A stretch of 64,000 nucleotides of DNA from an uncultured Fibrobacterota bacterium (GCA_963753345.1 CAVWBU010000031.1:32001-96000), one strand, 5' to 3'. Numbered from the stretch's first letter, positions 18,890 through 30,557 are shown. A program made the numbers and translations. The notes: generated by a model not told the origin, from the letters alone.

Positions 18890-20338
18890 TTGAAATCAAT
18901 TGATCTACGCAAGCTAATTCTTAAAGGCGAAAGTGAAACGCTGGAATTCAAGGTTTCCGGGAATGCTTTGCCGCAGAGCCTTTTCGAAACAGTATGCGCC
19001 ATGCTCAATGGCAACGGCGGAGTTATTCTTCTAGGTGTTTCCGACAAAGGGGAAATCAAAGGCGTTTCTGAAGAATCTGCGGAAACCCTGTGTAAAGATT
19101 TTGCCAATCTAAGCAATAACCCTCAAAAAATAGATCCGTCTTTTCTGATTCATCCCCAGATACTTACCCTTGAAGGTAAGAAGGTGATTCACGCCTTTGT
19201 TCCTGCAAGTTCGCAGGTGCATCGCACCGGAGGAAAAGTTTTTGACCGGAGCGTGGACGGTGATTATGAAGTAAAAAGCAGCGAGCAGATAAAGAACCTG
19301 TACCTGCGGAAAAACGCCTTTTACACCGAGTCCACGATCTTTCCGTATCTCAAAGAAGAGCATTTTGTTCCCGTGCTTGTTGGAAAGATAAGGGAGACGA
19401 TCAAAATCCATTCCCCCAAACATCCATGGAACGATCTTTCTCCAGATGAATTCTACCGTGTTGCCGGTTTGTTTCGTACCGATATTTCCAGGGGTATACA
19501 GGGATTTAGTATGGCTGCCTTGCTATTATTCGGAAAAGAAGAGGTCATACAAAGCGCCCTTCCGCACTACAAAACCGATGCTTTATTGCGCCGGGTGGAC
19601 ACCGAACGCTATGATGATCGGGAAAATATCCGTTGTAATCTCATAGATGCTTATGATATCCTGATGAATTTTATCGCAAAGCATTTGCCTGATAAATTCT
19701 ATCTGGAAAACGATGTTCGTCTCTCCTTGCGGGACACAATATTCAGGGAGATCGTGGTGAACATGTTGATTCACCGGGAATATACCAATGCCAATCCGGC
19801 AACATTGATTATCTATGCCAACCGCGTGGAAACCCAAAATGCCAATAAGCCCCATTTTTACGGTGAACTGCGTCCCGGTTCCTTTGTGCCTTTTCCTAAA
19901 AATCCAACCATTGCCAAGTTTTTTGCACAAATGGGACGGGCGGAGGAACTTGGAACAGGTGTGTATAAGGTATACAAATACATGAAAGTATATTCCGGAT
20001 CAGACAGGATTACATTCTCCGAAAACGACCTGTTTCGTGCGGTCCTTCCACTCAAGCCGCCTTCAACCTCAAAAAACCATCATGGAAAGGTCGGTGAAAG
20101 GGTCGGTGAAAGGGTCGGTGAAAAGGTCGGTGAAAACCTGTCGGAAAACCAGAATAAAATCATCAAAGCCATTATGCAAGAGCCACGAATTACCGCATCG
20201 AAACTGTCAAAAATCCTGCATATTTCGGTGCGAAAAACCGAGGAGAATATTAAAAAGCTGAAGGATATCGGATTGCTTGTCCGCATCGGTCCGGACAAAG
20301 GCGGTCACTGGAAGGTAGTTGAGGAAGTTAGAAGTTGA
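18890..20338 (+). CDS. AlbA_2 (Schlafen-like) domain + HATPase/RecG-C-like domain + C-terminal HTH protein
   Basis: GESETLEFK, CAMLNGNGGVILLGVSD, REIVVNMLIHREY, PKNPTIA, EELGTG, RIGPDKGGHW; four 12-bp repeats at 20089-20136 encoding VGE(R/K/N); lower GC than the flanks. Confidence 0.85.
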   Translation: MKSIDLRKLILKGESETLEFKVSGNALPQSLFETVCAMLNGNGGVILLGVSDKGEIKGVSEESAETLCKDFANLSNNPQKIDPSFLIHPQILTLEGKKVIHAFVPASSQVHRTGGKVFDRSVDGDYEVKSSEQIKNLYLRKNAFYTESTIFPYLKEEHFVPVLVGKIRETIKIHSPKHPWNDLSPDEFYRVAGLFRTDISRGIQGFSMAALLLFGKEEVIQSALPHYKTDALLRRVDTERYDDRENIRCNLIDAYDILMNFIAKHLPDKFYLENDVRLSLRDTIFREIVVNMLIHREYTNANPATLIIYANRVETQNANKPHFYGELRPGSFVPFPKNPTIAKFFAQMGRAEELGTGVYKVYKYMKVYSGSDRITFSENDLFRAVLPLKPPSTSKNHHGKVGERVGERVGEKVGENLSENQNKIIKAIMQEPRITASKLSKILHISVRKTEENIKKLKDIGLLVRIGPDKGGHWKVVEEVRS

Positions 20339-20445
20339 AAGTTGGAAGTTGGAAGTTGAAAGCAGGAAGAAGAAATCCCAACAGTGCTTTGACCGCCCCC
20401 GCAGGGGGCCCGGGGGGCTCACCGACGCGAAGCGGGGAACGCCCA
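20327..20445 (+). repeat. Heptamer run (20327-20362) + module C tail (~20391-20445)
   Basis: AAGTTG(A/G) units; ends CGCGAAGCGGGGAACGCCCA. Confidence 0.7.
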
Positions 20446-20475
20446 AGATGATTACTTCTTTTGCAATGGTATAAT

Positions 20476-21303
20476 ATGACCACCACACCCCAAACCATCA
20501 TCCGCCCGTCGTCGAAGATCGGTTTCTTTGACGTACGGGAAATATGGCGGTATCGCGAGCTGCTGTACATGCTCGCGGTGCGGGACATCCAGCTTCGCTA
20601 CAAGCAGACCGCGTTCGGCGTGGTGTGGGCCGTTCTGCAGCCGCTGCTCCCTGCGATTATCTTTGCCGTTATTTTCGGCATGTTCGCCAAGCTCCCCAGC
20701 AACGGCAGCCCGTACCTGCTCTTTGTCTTTACCGGCACCATGATCTGGAACCTTTTTTCCCAGTCCATTTCCAGGGCGGGCAACAGCCTTGTGGGCAATG
20801 CCGCCCTTATTTCCAAGGTGTATTTCCCGAGAATGGTTGTTCCTCTGTCAAGCATCGGCGCGGTCATCTTCGATTTTCTCATCACCGCGGTCCTCCTGGT
20901 TGCATTCATGGTCCTGTATAAGACGCCTCCCACCATGAACCTGGTTTTCTTTCCGCTTTTCATTCTGCTCGCGCTCGTGACGGCGGTCGGCATAAGCCTG
21001 TGGCTTTCGGCCCTCAATGTAAAGTACCGGGACTTCATGTACGCCATGCCGTTCCTTGTGCAAGTATGGCTCTATGCAACGCCGGTGGTCTACGCGTCGA
21101 GCCTCGTTCCGCAAAAATTCCGATGGATCTACAGCATCAATCCGGCCGTTGGATTTGTTGAAGGGTTCCGCTGGTCGGTGCTGGGCAAAGGCACGCTCAC
21201 CCCCGCAATGCTCATTATTTCGTCAAGCATCGCGATTGTGGCGCTGGTTTCGGGCCTTATTTATTTCAAAAGCACGGAGCGGAATTTTGCGGATGTCATA
21301 TAA
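20476..21303 (+). CDS. wzm: Polysaccharide ABC transporter permease
   Basis: LRYKQTAFGVVWAVLQP, KVYFPR, six TM segments. Confidence 0.92.
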   Translation: MTTTPQTIIRPSSKIGFFDVREIWRYRELLYMLAVRDIQLRYKQTAFGVVWAVLQPLLPAIIFAVIFGMFAKLPSNGSPYLLFVFTGTMIWNLFSQSISRAGNSLVGNAALISKVYFPRMVVPLSSIGAVIFDFLITAVLLVAFMVLYKTPPTMNLVFFPLFILLALVTAVGISLWLSALNVKYRDFMYAMPFLVQVWLYATPVVYASSLVPQKFRWIYSINPAVGFVEGFRWSVLGKGTLTPAMLIISSSIAIVALVSGLIYFKSTERNFADVI

Positions 21304-21304
21304 A

Positions 21305-21416
21305 AAAGTAACAAAGTAACAAAGTGACAAAGTGAAAAAGAGGCAAAGTTACAGAGTGAAAAAGTGACAAAGTGACAAAGTGAAAAAGAGACAAAGTGAC
21401 AGAGTTACAAAGTATA
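21305..21416 (+). repeat. 14 tandem degenerate octamers, consensus AAAGTGAC
   Basis: Exact 8-nt periodicity between wzm and wzt. Confidence 0.92.
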
Positions 21417-21439
21417 AAAACGTGAACGCATAGGACACA

Positions 21440-22724
21440 ATGAACGATTTTGCCATCCGCGCGGAAAAACTGTCCAAATCCTATCAGATCCGGCATGCCG
21501 GCGCCAAGCCTGCGTATCAAACCCTGCAGGAGAGCCTTCTTTCCCTGCCCAAAAGGATCCTTGGCAGAAAGGAAACTGTCGAGACGTTCTGGGCGCTCAA
21601 GGACGTTTCATTTGAAATAAAGCAGGGAGAGCGGGTCGGCATCATCGGCAGGAACGGCGCGGGCAAATCCACCCTGCTCAAATTGCTCAGCAAAATAACC
21701 GAGCCGACCTCGGGCCAGGCGATCATAAATGGGCCGAGTGGCAAGTTTGCTTGAAGTGGGCACCGGCTTTCATCCTGAATTAACAGGCCGCGAAAACATT
21801 TTCATGAATGGCGCAATTCTGGGAATGACAAGGGCGGAAATAAAAAAGAAATTCGATGAAATCGTGGCGTTCGCGGAAGTGGAAAGATTCGTCGACACGC
21901 CGGTAAAACGGTATTCGAGCGGGATGTACGTGCGGCTGGCGTTTGCGGTGGCGGCGCATCTGGAGCCGGAAATATTACTGGTTGACGAGGTGCTGGCAGT
22001 GGGGGATGCGCAGTTTCAGAAGAAATGTTTGGGGAAGATGGAAGACGTAAGCAAGAAGGAAGGAAGAACCGTGCTTTTTGTGAGCCATAATATGGCCGCC
22101 GTGAGCCAGATTTGCACCAAAGGAATAGTTCTGAGCAGCGGGACGGTCCATTTTAGCGGATCTCAGGAACATGCGATCCAAGATTATTCAAAGAGTAACC
22201 AAACCGTAACTGCCAGCCTCAGAAATAGAACGGACCGAAAAGGATCAGGCGAAATACGTATTACCGGGATAGACATACTTGATGAAAATCGAGAGAAAAT
22301 TGACTATATTAAATCGGGCCAGAATATTCAAATCGTTTTTCATTATGAAACATCCGGCAGAAAAACTTTTTCAAACGTACTGATGAGTTTTCTCATAAAA
22401 ACGCCAGTAGGCGTGTCTGTTTTTTTGCAACACAACAGGTTAACAAATTTTGATTTTGGTGAATTACCCGAAAGAGGATCCTTCGTTTGCAGAATTCCGC
22501 ACTTGCCCTTGCCGCCATCGGTATACAATTTGATTTACACCATTCTGCCTGCTTATGGATCGCAGGAGGACTATTATGACTCAATGGACAATGCAATCTC
22601 ACTAAACGTCATTAGTGGGGACTATTTTAAGACGGGAGAAGTTCCTCCAAGCACCCATGGCGTCTGCTTGGTAGACGCAACATGGGAACTCGCAAAAGAT
22701 ATTCAAGAGAAAACCATAGCATGA
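21440..22724 (+). CDS. wzt: Polysaccharide ABC transporter ATP-binding protein with C-terminal Wzt domain; frameshift near 21734
   Basis: Walker A GRNGAGKS in 21440..21754; YSSGM and LLVDEVL in 21729..22724. Confidence 0.9.
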
Positions 22725-23473
22725 ACTCAATGGCCAAAATAGTCAGACGCGCGCTTGTCCGCGCTTTCCGTTTTTTCAACCCTTCTCACTACTGCGACCC
22801 CGGTTATGTCGAGAAGAAAGAATACATTTTCTATGTTAATTTCCTTAAAGACAAGATGACTGTTTTTGACATTGGCGCCAATATTGGGGAGCTTTCGTTA
22901 TTGTTTTCCAAATTTATTTCGCCAAACGGTGTCTTGCACTGCTTTGAGCCGACCCCGCAAACATTTGACAAATTGAAATCCACAGTAACTCTGGCAAACC
23001 GGGCAAACGTTATCCTCAATAACATCGCCGTTTCGAATGAAATAGGCGAAATAACGTTCAATGTTTATGACGACAAGCACAGTACCTTCAATACGATTGC
23101 CAACCGGCCGCTCGAAAAATACGGCATTCAGGATGTGCATTCAAAAAAGACGACAGTAATGGCGACGACTATTGATAATTATTGCGGGAAAAACAAAATC
23201 GACCAGATCGACCTTCTTAAAATAGATGTGGAAGGGGCCGAATATCAGGTCCTGCTTGGTGGAAAGAAGATGTTTTTGGAAAAAAGAATCAAATGCTGCA
23301 TATTTGAGTTTGGACAAACAATTTACGATATGGGAAACAAACCCCAGGACCTCATTCGGTTTTTTGATGAAGTTGGCTATACGCTCAGGAACATAGTCAA
23401 AAATGCTCCATTATTCCCGCACGACAGAAACAAGATCGCCCTATTCTCGATGCTTCATGCAATGCCACAATAA
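22721..23473 (+). CDS. FkbM-family methyltransferase
   Basis: [21 protein letters not shown]. Confidence 0.9.
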   Translation: MNSMAKIVRRALVRAFRFFNPSHYCDPGYVEKKEYIFYVNFLKDKMTVFDIGANIGELSLLFSKFISPNGVLHCFEPTPQTFDKLKSTVTLANRANVILNNIAVSNEIGEITFNVYDDKHSTFNTIANRPLEKYGIQDVHSKKTTVMATTIDNYCGKNKIDQIDLLKIDVEGAEYQVLLGGKKMFLEKRIKCCIFEFGQTIYDMGNKPQDLIRFFDEVGYTLRNIVKNAPLFPHDRNKIALFSMLHAMPQ

Positions 23474-23475
23474 AA

Positions 23476-24220
23476 ATGTCAAACAATCCATTCGTTAGGC
23501 TAATCAAAGGAATCCGGAGGCGCTACAAGAAGTATGCAAGCGACAGAGAGCGGCTTTCCACCTTTTATAAACAACTCAAACATTACAATTTTATTGCCGA
23601 TGCAGAACACCGTGCCGAGAGGCGGTATCTCTATCCCTGTCTCTATGATTCCACTCAAGAAACCGAAATCGAGCCCATATATTTTTATCAGGACGTATGG
23701 GCCTTTGAGCGCATTTTCAATAATAGACCTGCGACGCACGTTGATATCGGATCACATCACAAGTTTGTTGCATTTTTGTCCAAGATAACAAAACTAACCA
23801 TGATCGATGTCAGGCCACTTTCCCTCAAGTTAGATTCCATTAATTTTACTGAAGGCACCATATTGGATCTTCCTTTTAAAGACAATAGCATTGAATCCAT
23901 CTCAAGTTTATGTGTGATTGAACACATAGGTTTGGGCAGATATGGAGATCCGCTGGATCCGTTAGGCTCAGAGAAGGCTATCTCTGAAATCACGAGAGTT
24001 CTAGGGAAAGATGCTCATCTTTATTTATCTGCACCTGTGAGTGATAAGATTTCCGTTTATTTTAATGCAGGCAGAATATTTGCTTGGAGTACCTTATGAA
24101 GTTGCTAAAGGATTACAAATAGCCAGAAAAGATTTTATCGTCAACAAAAGCCTAACGGATATTTTTGCACCTAATGATTATTTTCAAACAACTATCCTGC
24201 TGGATTTAGTAAAGAATTGA
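23476..24220 (+). CDS. DUF268-like SAM-dependent methyltransferase; apparent frameshift(s) near the 3' end, end approximate
   Basis: YFYQDVWA, HVDIGS, SLCVIEHIGLGRYGDPLDP. Confidence 0.75.
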
Positions 24221-24221
24221 C

Positions 24222-25032
24222 ATGAATGTCGAACTAGAAATACTGTCGAAAATTCCTCTATTACTCCATGCTTATGACCGTAAGAGGAAAGGTGTTGCTA
24301 TTGACATCGGCGTCGGCACGGGAAATTTTCATTGTGAAGCATTTAGACGCGCCGGATACAAGTCATACGCGGTTGAGCCGCTGCCGTCGCAACGATTAAA
24401 AGGCATATGCAAGAAACTGAGGATAAATCTGTATGAATCCTGTATCTGTGATTTTGATGGAACAGTAGATATCTTTTCAGGCCGCTTTAATGGTAATGAT
24501 TGCAGTGACGTGTCTTCGATTAAGAGAGATTGGTGGGGGATTGATGACAAAAGCAGGAAGATCAGCGTAAGGGCCACCACGCTCACAGAATTATTGCACA
24601 GGTTCGAAATCAAGAAAATCACCTACATGAAAATTGATACTGAAGGCTCCGAAAAGGACATTATCAAGCAATTTGTCAACCTACAAAAGAGTGAACTTCC
24701 TGAAATAGTGGAATTTGAATATGGAGGCGGCGCAAGCAAAAAAGAAAACAAGGCGGGCTGGTCGCAGGAATATTTTTCCCAGACGCTGAATGCATAAATA
24801 TTTTGAAATCGCTCGGCTACTCGTATGCCGTTTTGTTCGAAGGGGACTGCCGGGGCCGGTTGAGTTCAATTTGCCAGGGGAAGCGTGCTTGGAATTCAAG
24901 GATGAGTTTGTCTACGGGGATATGGTTTTTTTTAAAGACAAGAAAATTGATATGGCCACGTTGCTAAACTACCAAAAACCTCCAACTATTGGTGAAAGAA
25001 CAAGAACACTGGTCAAACGATTCCTGAAATGA
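24222..25032 (+). CDS. FkbM-like methyltransferase, probably frameshifted near 24795
   Basis: IDIGVG, AVEP, MKIDTEGSE; likely continues in ORF 24790..25032. Confidence 0.7.
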
Positions 25033-25876
25033 TCGCAATAAAATTACAAGGCAGGCTTGGAAATCAAATGTTCCAGTATGCCTTTGCAGAATATGTTTCC
25101 AGCAAATTTTCCGTGTCTTTTTTCTTTGACGCCACGACGTATTCCTTTCTATTGCCCAGGTATTTCAAAGTAAAAAAGCTTCCAACCCTGCTCACCGGAA
25201 TATACAGTAATAAGTTGTTTCGTTATGGGAGAAAATTGGTTAATAGACATTTTATAAGGAATCGGGCTGTGCAGGTGGGAAAAAACGATCCACAGGAATT
25301 ATTGCGCACTTTAAGCAACTGGACACGCTATGAGATTTATTGCCAATCATATGATTGCTTTAGGTCAGTGGAGAATTCAATAAGAAATACATTCCAAATA
25401 AAGAAGGAATATGTAAGACAGTTCAAGGGTAAGTATCAGACTTTGTTTGAGAAGAGTAAAACTATTGTTGCTCATTTTCGAGGAGGTGATTACTTTGATT
25501 GGGGTGACGACAATTTAGGAGGAAAAAACCCTACTTTGCCTTTATCATTCTATGCAAATTGCTTCAATAAGATAGAAAACATCGGACAATATCAAATCAT
25601 CTTTGTGAGCGATTCAATTTCGTATGTTAAAAGGTATTTCGGTGAAAACAATAACTGTCAATACGAATCAAATTCTGAAATAGTAGATTTCCAAATTTTA
25701 CTGAACGCCGATATTGTAATTGCTTCCAACAGCAGTTTTGCCTGGTGGGGGGCCTTCTTGAATCTGAAAAGGGCTCAGGTGTATGCACCTGAATATTGGT
25801 TCAGTCAAAAATAAAGAAGGAATATCCTGTAGGAATTTTAAGGAACCTCAATTGGAATATTATACCGGTTGAATAA
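25029..25876 (+). CDS. GT11 alpha-1,2-fucosyltransferase-like protein; frameshift near 25805
   Basis: GRLGNQMFQYA, HFRGGDY, SNSSFAWWGA. Confidence 0.88.
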
Positions 25877-25903
25877 TCGAATAGCTAAGTTCAGCCAAAC
25901 GGA

Positions 25904-26865
25904 ATGAATACGATGATTGACAATGCACTTGCCCCTATAGTCCTTTTCGTTTACAATCGCCCGCCATTAACCTTACAAACACTTAAAGCGTTAAGTGAAA
26001 ATGAATTTGCAGACAAGTCTGAATTGTTTATATATGCTGATGGCCCCAAACAAGATGCTGACGTAAATGAAATTACAAAAGTCAGAGACGTTAGAGATGT
26101 AATTCGGAAAAAAAATGGTGTAGCAAGGTTTCAATTATTGAAGCTCCAAAGAACAATGGTCTTGCCCGTTCTGTAATAACTGGAGTATCCGAAGTGGTGA
26201 ACCGTTTTGGGAAGGTCATAGTTCTGGAAGATGATCTTGTTACATCAAAATGGTTCTTGAGATATATGAATGAGGCTCTCGATCTTTATGACCAGGAAGA
26301 AGAAGTCATTAGCGTAACGGCATACATTTATCCTGTAAGAAAGCGGTTGCCTGAGACATTCTTTGTCAAGCTTGCTGATTGTTGGGGGTGGGGAACCTGG
26401 AAACGCGGTTGGAATCTATTTAATGAAAATGGACAGTATCTTCTTCAAACAATATTAGGTAACCGTCTCGGGAAGGAATTTGATTTTTCAGGAGCATACC
26501 CTTATACGCAAATGCTGAAAGACCAGATAGCAAGAAGAAATGACTCTTGGGCTATTTTGTGGTACGCATCAGCTTTTGTTCAAAATAGACTTACTTTATA
26601 TCCTGGGACTTCACTAGTGAAAAACATCGGTCTTGATGGATCGGGAGCCAATTGTGGAAAGTCCGACAAGTTTAATGTTTCCCTTGCCCAACGTTCAATT
26701 GAAATAAAGAAAATACCCGTGAGTGAGAACATTGAAGCCAAAGCTAACATAATCCGCTATTTCAGGGATCTAACCAAGCCGCCATCACTGGTAAGAATGG
26801 CTCTTTCGAAACTATTTAAAGCGTTCTGCTCAATTTCCTTAATAAAAAAGATCATCCCATGCTGA
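25904..26865 (+). CDS. Glycosyltransferase (GT-A fold); frameshift in the A-run at ~26107-26115
   Basis: APIVLFVYNRP in 25904..26176; VIVLEDD, CWGWGTW, DSWAI in 26194..26865. Confidence 0.85.
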
Positions 26866-27677
26866 GAAAATTAATATCTACGATCTTGCCTGAAATTATA
26901 AAAAAGCCTTTAAGACAAGTAATGAAAAAGTCAATGTGGAGGAATACCGTTTCAAACAATATTGAATTCGTCGGAAACTACGCAACTTGGGATGAAGCGT
27001 GCGCGAACTCGATCGGTTATGACTCAGAGCTTATACTTAATAAGACAAAAGAAGCCCTGCTTAAAGTAAAGCGAGGTGAAGTGGTCTACGAGCGTGATTC
27101 CGTTATTTTCGATAGAATCGAATATTCATGGCCGCTGCTCGCCGGTTTGCTCTGGGCCGCCTCACGGCATAATAACGTGCTTAATGTCGCCGATTTTGGC
27201 GGATCTCTCGGAAGCACCTATTTTCAATGCAGGGCATTTTTTGACAATATGCGGGAAGTAAAATGGAACATTATCGAACAGGCGCATGTAGTTAAATGTG
27301 GTAAGGAGAATTTTGAAGATGGTGTAATCAAATTTTATTATGACATCGAATCCTGCTGGAAAGAACAGAGGCCTCATACGCTGTTGCTGTCCAGTGTTCT
27401 TCCATATTTAGAGAAACCGTATGAATTTATTGAACAGATCACACGCATAGGCTTTGAAACCATCATTATTGATAGAACACTGTTCAATGCGGGAGCCGGT
27501 GACAGGCTCACGGTGGAAAAAGTGCCTGAACATATCTATCCCGCAAGCTATCCCTGCTGGTTTTTCGATAAGCAGAAGTTCTTGTCAATGTTTGCGGAGA
27601 AGTACATTCTGTTATCTGAATTCCCCGGTTTTTTAGCAGGAAATGGTTTTATCTTCAGAATCAAGGGAACATATTAA
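26859..27677 (+). CDS. Putative methyltransferase (polysaccharide-locus type)
   Basis: YERDSV, VADFGGSLGSTYFQ, IIIDRT, YPASYPCWFF. Confidence 0.8.
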   Translation: MLRKLISTILPEIIKKPLRQVMKKSMWRNTVSNNIEFVGNYATWDEACANSIGYDSELILNKTKEALLKVKRGEVVYERDSVIFDRIEYSWPLLAGLLWAASRHNNVLNVADFGGSLGSTYFQCRAFFDNMREVKWNIIEQAHVVKCGKENFEDGVIKFYYDIESCWKEQRPHTLLLSSVLPYLEKPYEFIEQITRIGFETIIIDRTLFNAGAGDRLTVEKVPEHIYPASYPCWFFDKQKFLSMFAEKYILLSEFPGFLAGNGFIFRIKGTY

Positions 27678-27685
27678 GGAAAAAA

Positions 27686-28447
27686 GTGAACTTTGTTCGC
27701 CCATTACTAAGAAGCTTGCTCAACCCGGTTCTATCAATTGTCCGCAAGAATGACTTTTGTCCGGGCATGATAGGTGTGCTGGTTAACCCCTTTTATTTCG
27801 CAAGAAAAGGACTTTATGAACAGATAAAATCGCTATCACATTATGTGAAGGGTAAAATCCTCGATGTAGGATGCGGCACTAAACCATATAGAAGCCTCTT
27901 TAAAATAAAAGAATATATAGGGTTGGAATTACAGAAAGAGTCGGAAAAAAAATCAATTTGGGCTGACTACGTTTATGACGGAAGCAGGTTCCCTTTCGAT
28001 AATGCTTCATTTGATTCTGTTGTCTTGTTCGAGGTTTTCGAGCACGTTTTCAATCCTATGCGGTTTATTTCCGAGATTAGGAGAGTACTTATTAAGGGAG
28101 GGTATGTTCTCATGACAGTTCCATTCGTGTGGGACGAACATGAACAGCCGTATGATTTTGCCCGCTATTCTTCTTTCGGGTTACGGTCTGTCCTTGTAGA
28201 GAATGGTTTTAGAATAATAGAGCAAAGGAAAAGTGTTAATGATATAAGGGTGATTTTTCAATTGATTAATGCTTACTTGTACAAAATCACAATAACGAAA
28301 AACGCTTATGTAAATATAGTATTGACATTATTCTTGATTGCACCCTGGAACATTTTGGGAACTTTGGTTGGTCGCATTTTGCCAAAAAATAACGATTTAT
28401 TTCTCGATAATGTCGTCGTAGCGCAAAAGGACGATGCTTATGAATGA
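27686..28447 (+). CDS. Class I SAM-dependent methyltransferase
   Basis: ILDVGCGTKPY, EVFEHV, PFVWDEHEQPYDFARY. Confidence 0.88.
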   Translation: MNFVRPLLRSLLNPVLSIVRKNDFCPGMIGVLVNPFYFARKGLYEQIKSLSHYVKGKILDVGCGTKPYRSLFKIKEYIGLELQKESEKKSIWADYVYDGSRFPFDNASFDSVVLFEVFEHVFNPMRFISEIRRVLIKGGYVLMTVPFVWDEHEQPYDFARYSSFGLRSVLVENGFRIIEQRKSVNDIRVIFQLINAYLYKITITKNAYVNIVLTLFLIAPWNILGTLVGRILPKNNDLFLDNVVVAQKDDAYE

Positions 28448-29438
28448 CGAGCTTATTAAAAAGACATTTCAGAACAGAAAATGCCTCATTACCGGTGGCC
28501 TTGGTTTCATCGGTTCAAATTTGGCCAGAAAACTTGTCGAATGGGGAGCGAACGTTACTGTTATAGACAGTCTGATCCCGGAATATGGGGGAAACCTGTA
28601 TAATGTTAATGGCATTGAGAAGAAACTTAAGATTAACATTTCCGATATCCGCGATGAATTCAGCATGAAATATCTAGTGCAGAACCAGGAATACCTTTTC
28701 AGCCTTGCGGGACAGACAAGCCACATGGATTCAATGGCTGATCCGCAGACCGATCTGGAGATCAATGCCAAGGCCCAGTTATTCATTCTTGAAGCGTGCC
28801 GGAAATTTAATCCGACTATAAAGATTGTTTTTGCAAGCACTCGCCAGATTTACGGCAAACCGGATTACCTTCCTGTTGACGAAAAACATCCTGTTCGTCC
28901 CGTGGATATCAACGGTGTCAATAAAGTTGCGGGAGAATGGTACCATTCTCTTTATACCAAGGTTTACGGTTTGAAGACCACGGCTCTCAGATTGACTAAT
29001 ACAATCGGGCCAAGAATGAGGATTAAGGATGCTCGCCAGACATTTCTTGGTGTTTGGATACGGCAGATACTGGAGGGGAAAGAAATTGAAGTCTGGGGCG
29101 GTGATCAATTGCGTGATTATACCTATGTCGAGGACGCCGTTGACGCTTTTATATTGGCAGCAGCCAGCGATTCCTCGAATAACAAGGTTTTTAATCTTGG
29201 GGGGAACGGGGCTATTTCATTAAAAGATACCGCGGAACAACTTATCCAGGTTGCCGGGAAGGGCAGGTATAGTATTAAAGAATATCCTCCTGAAAGGAAA
29301 AAAATTGATATCGGCGATTTCTATTCAGACTGTGCCTTGATTGAAAAAGAGCTTGGCTGGAAACCTGTAACTTCTATAAGAACCGCCTTGAGAAAAACCA
29401 TTGAATATTTCGCTGAGAATTTCAAGCATTATTTATAA
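28434..29438 (+). CDS. NAD-dependent epimerase/dehydratase
   Basis: ITGGLGFIGS, ASTRQIYG, LRLTNTIGP. Confidence 0.9.
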   Translation: MLMNDELIKKTFQNRKCLITGGLGFIGSNLARKLVEWGANVTVIDSLIPEYGGNLYNVNGIEKKLKINISDIRDEFSMKYLVQNQEYLFSLAGQTSHMDSMADPQTDLEINAKAQLFILEACRKFNPTIKIVFASTRQIYGKPDYLPVDEKHPVRPVDINGVNKVAGEWYHSLYTKVYGLKTTALRLTNTIGPRMRIKDARQTFLGVWIRQILEGKEIEVWGGDQLRDYTYVEDAVDAFILAAASDSSNNKVFNLGGNGAISLKDTAEQLIQVAGKGRYSIKEYPPERKKIDIGDFYSDCALIEKELGWKPVTSIRTALRKTIEYFAENFKHYL

Positions 29439-29450
29439 TTGGAGATTTTG

Positions 29451-30551
29451 GTGAAGATTCCCCAGTGCAATCCTCTTGCAAGCTATTTAAGCCAAAAGGA
29501 AGATATTAATGAAGCAATTTCAAATGTCTTCAATAAGGGTATTTTTATTTTAGGAGAAGAGGTCGCAAATTTTGAAAATGAATTCGCTCATTATACAGGC
29601 GTAAAATATGGAGTGGGAGTAGGAAGCGGCACCGAAGCCCTACATATTGCATTGCGGGCCTGCGGGATCGGCCCTGGTGACGAGGTAATTACGGTTTCGC
29701 ATACTGCGGTGGCAACTATTGCAGCTATTGAACTCTCTGGTGCCATACCTGTTCTTGTTGACATCAGACTAGATAGTTATACAATTGATACGGACCAACT
29801 AACAAAAGCAATTACCAAGAAGACAAAAGCAATAATACCGGTGCACCTGTACGGACTTCCGGCGGATATTGAAGAAATAATGAGCATAGCAAATCGGTTC
29901 GGTTTACATGTAATAGAAGACTGCGCCCAGGCGCATGGGGCAATGTATAAAGACATTCGAGCGGGTGCGTGGGGCCATATCGGAGCGTTCAGCTTTTATC
30001 CGACTAAAAATCTCGGCGCCTTTGGTGACGGAGGCGCCATAGTGACGAACGATGAAAAAATGGCTCAAAAATGCCGCTCATTGAGAGAGTATGGGTGGCA
30101 TGAAAGGTACATAAGTTCAGAAAAGGGCTGGAACACACGTCTTGACGAATTGCAGGCGGCGATATTACGGGTAAAACTTCAATCACTTGATAACGGAAAT
30201 AATAGAAGACGTGAAATCGCAAATAAATACAACCAGAACCTACGAAATACCGGAACTATTATTCCAACTGAAAATCAAGATAAGTACCATGTTTATCATC
30301 AGTACGTTATACGTCACACAGAACGTGATCGTCTTCGACGGCATTTGATTAGCAAAGATATTGGAACATTAATTCATTATCCGGTCCCTATACATATGCA
30401 GCCTGCATATATAAATAAAATTAAATGCCCGTTTCCTCTTACCGTGACGGAAATCGTTAAGAATGAAATTCTCAGTTTGCCGATGTTCCCTGATCTTACT
30501 TTCGCGCAGGTCGATTACATAGTGTCTGCTATTTTGGAATTCAAGGAATAG
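29451..30551 (+). CDS. DegT/DnrJ/EryC1/StrS sugar aminotransferase
   Basis: IEDCAQAHG, FSFYPTKNLGAFGDGG; GTG start at 29451 after GGAG. Confidence 0.93.
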   Translation: MKIPQCNPLASYLSQKEDINEAISNVFNKGIFILGEEVANFENEFAHYTGVKYGVGVGSGTEALHIALRACGIGPGDEVITVSHTAVATIAAIELSGAIPVLVDIRLDSYTIDTDQLTKAITKKTKAIIPVHLYGLPADIEEIMSIANRFGLHVIEDCAQAHGAMYKDIRAGAWGHIGAFSFYPTKNLGAFGDGGAIVTNDEKMAQKCRSLREYGWHERYISSEKGWNTRLDELQAAILRVKLQSLDNGNNRRREIANKYNQNLRNTGTIIPTENQDKYHVYHQYVIRHTERDRLRRHLISKDIGTLIHYPVPIHMQPAYINKIKCPFPLTVTEIVKNEILSLPMFPDLTFAQVDYIVSAILEFKE

Positions 30552-30557
30552 AACAAG

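Noticed and set aside
20089-20136. Four 12-bp repeats in the AlbA-domain gene as a separate element
   Set aside because: In-frame low-complexity linker before the HTH, a common feature of this protein type
10700-20445. Elements as integron attC sites
   Set aside because: No integrase in the window, no consistent RYYYAAC/GTTRRRY boxes, both orientations occur, and they flank housekeeping genes
21729-21754. Programmed frameshifting in wzt, sprA or gltA
   Set aside because: No slippery heptamer or stimulatory structure noticed; window-wide indels are better explained by sequencing error
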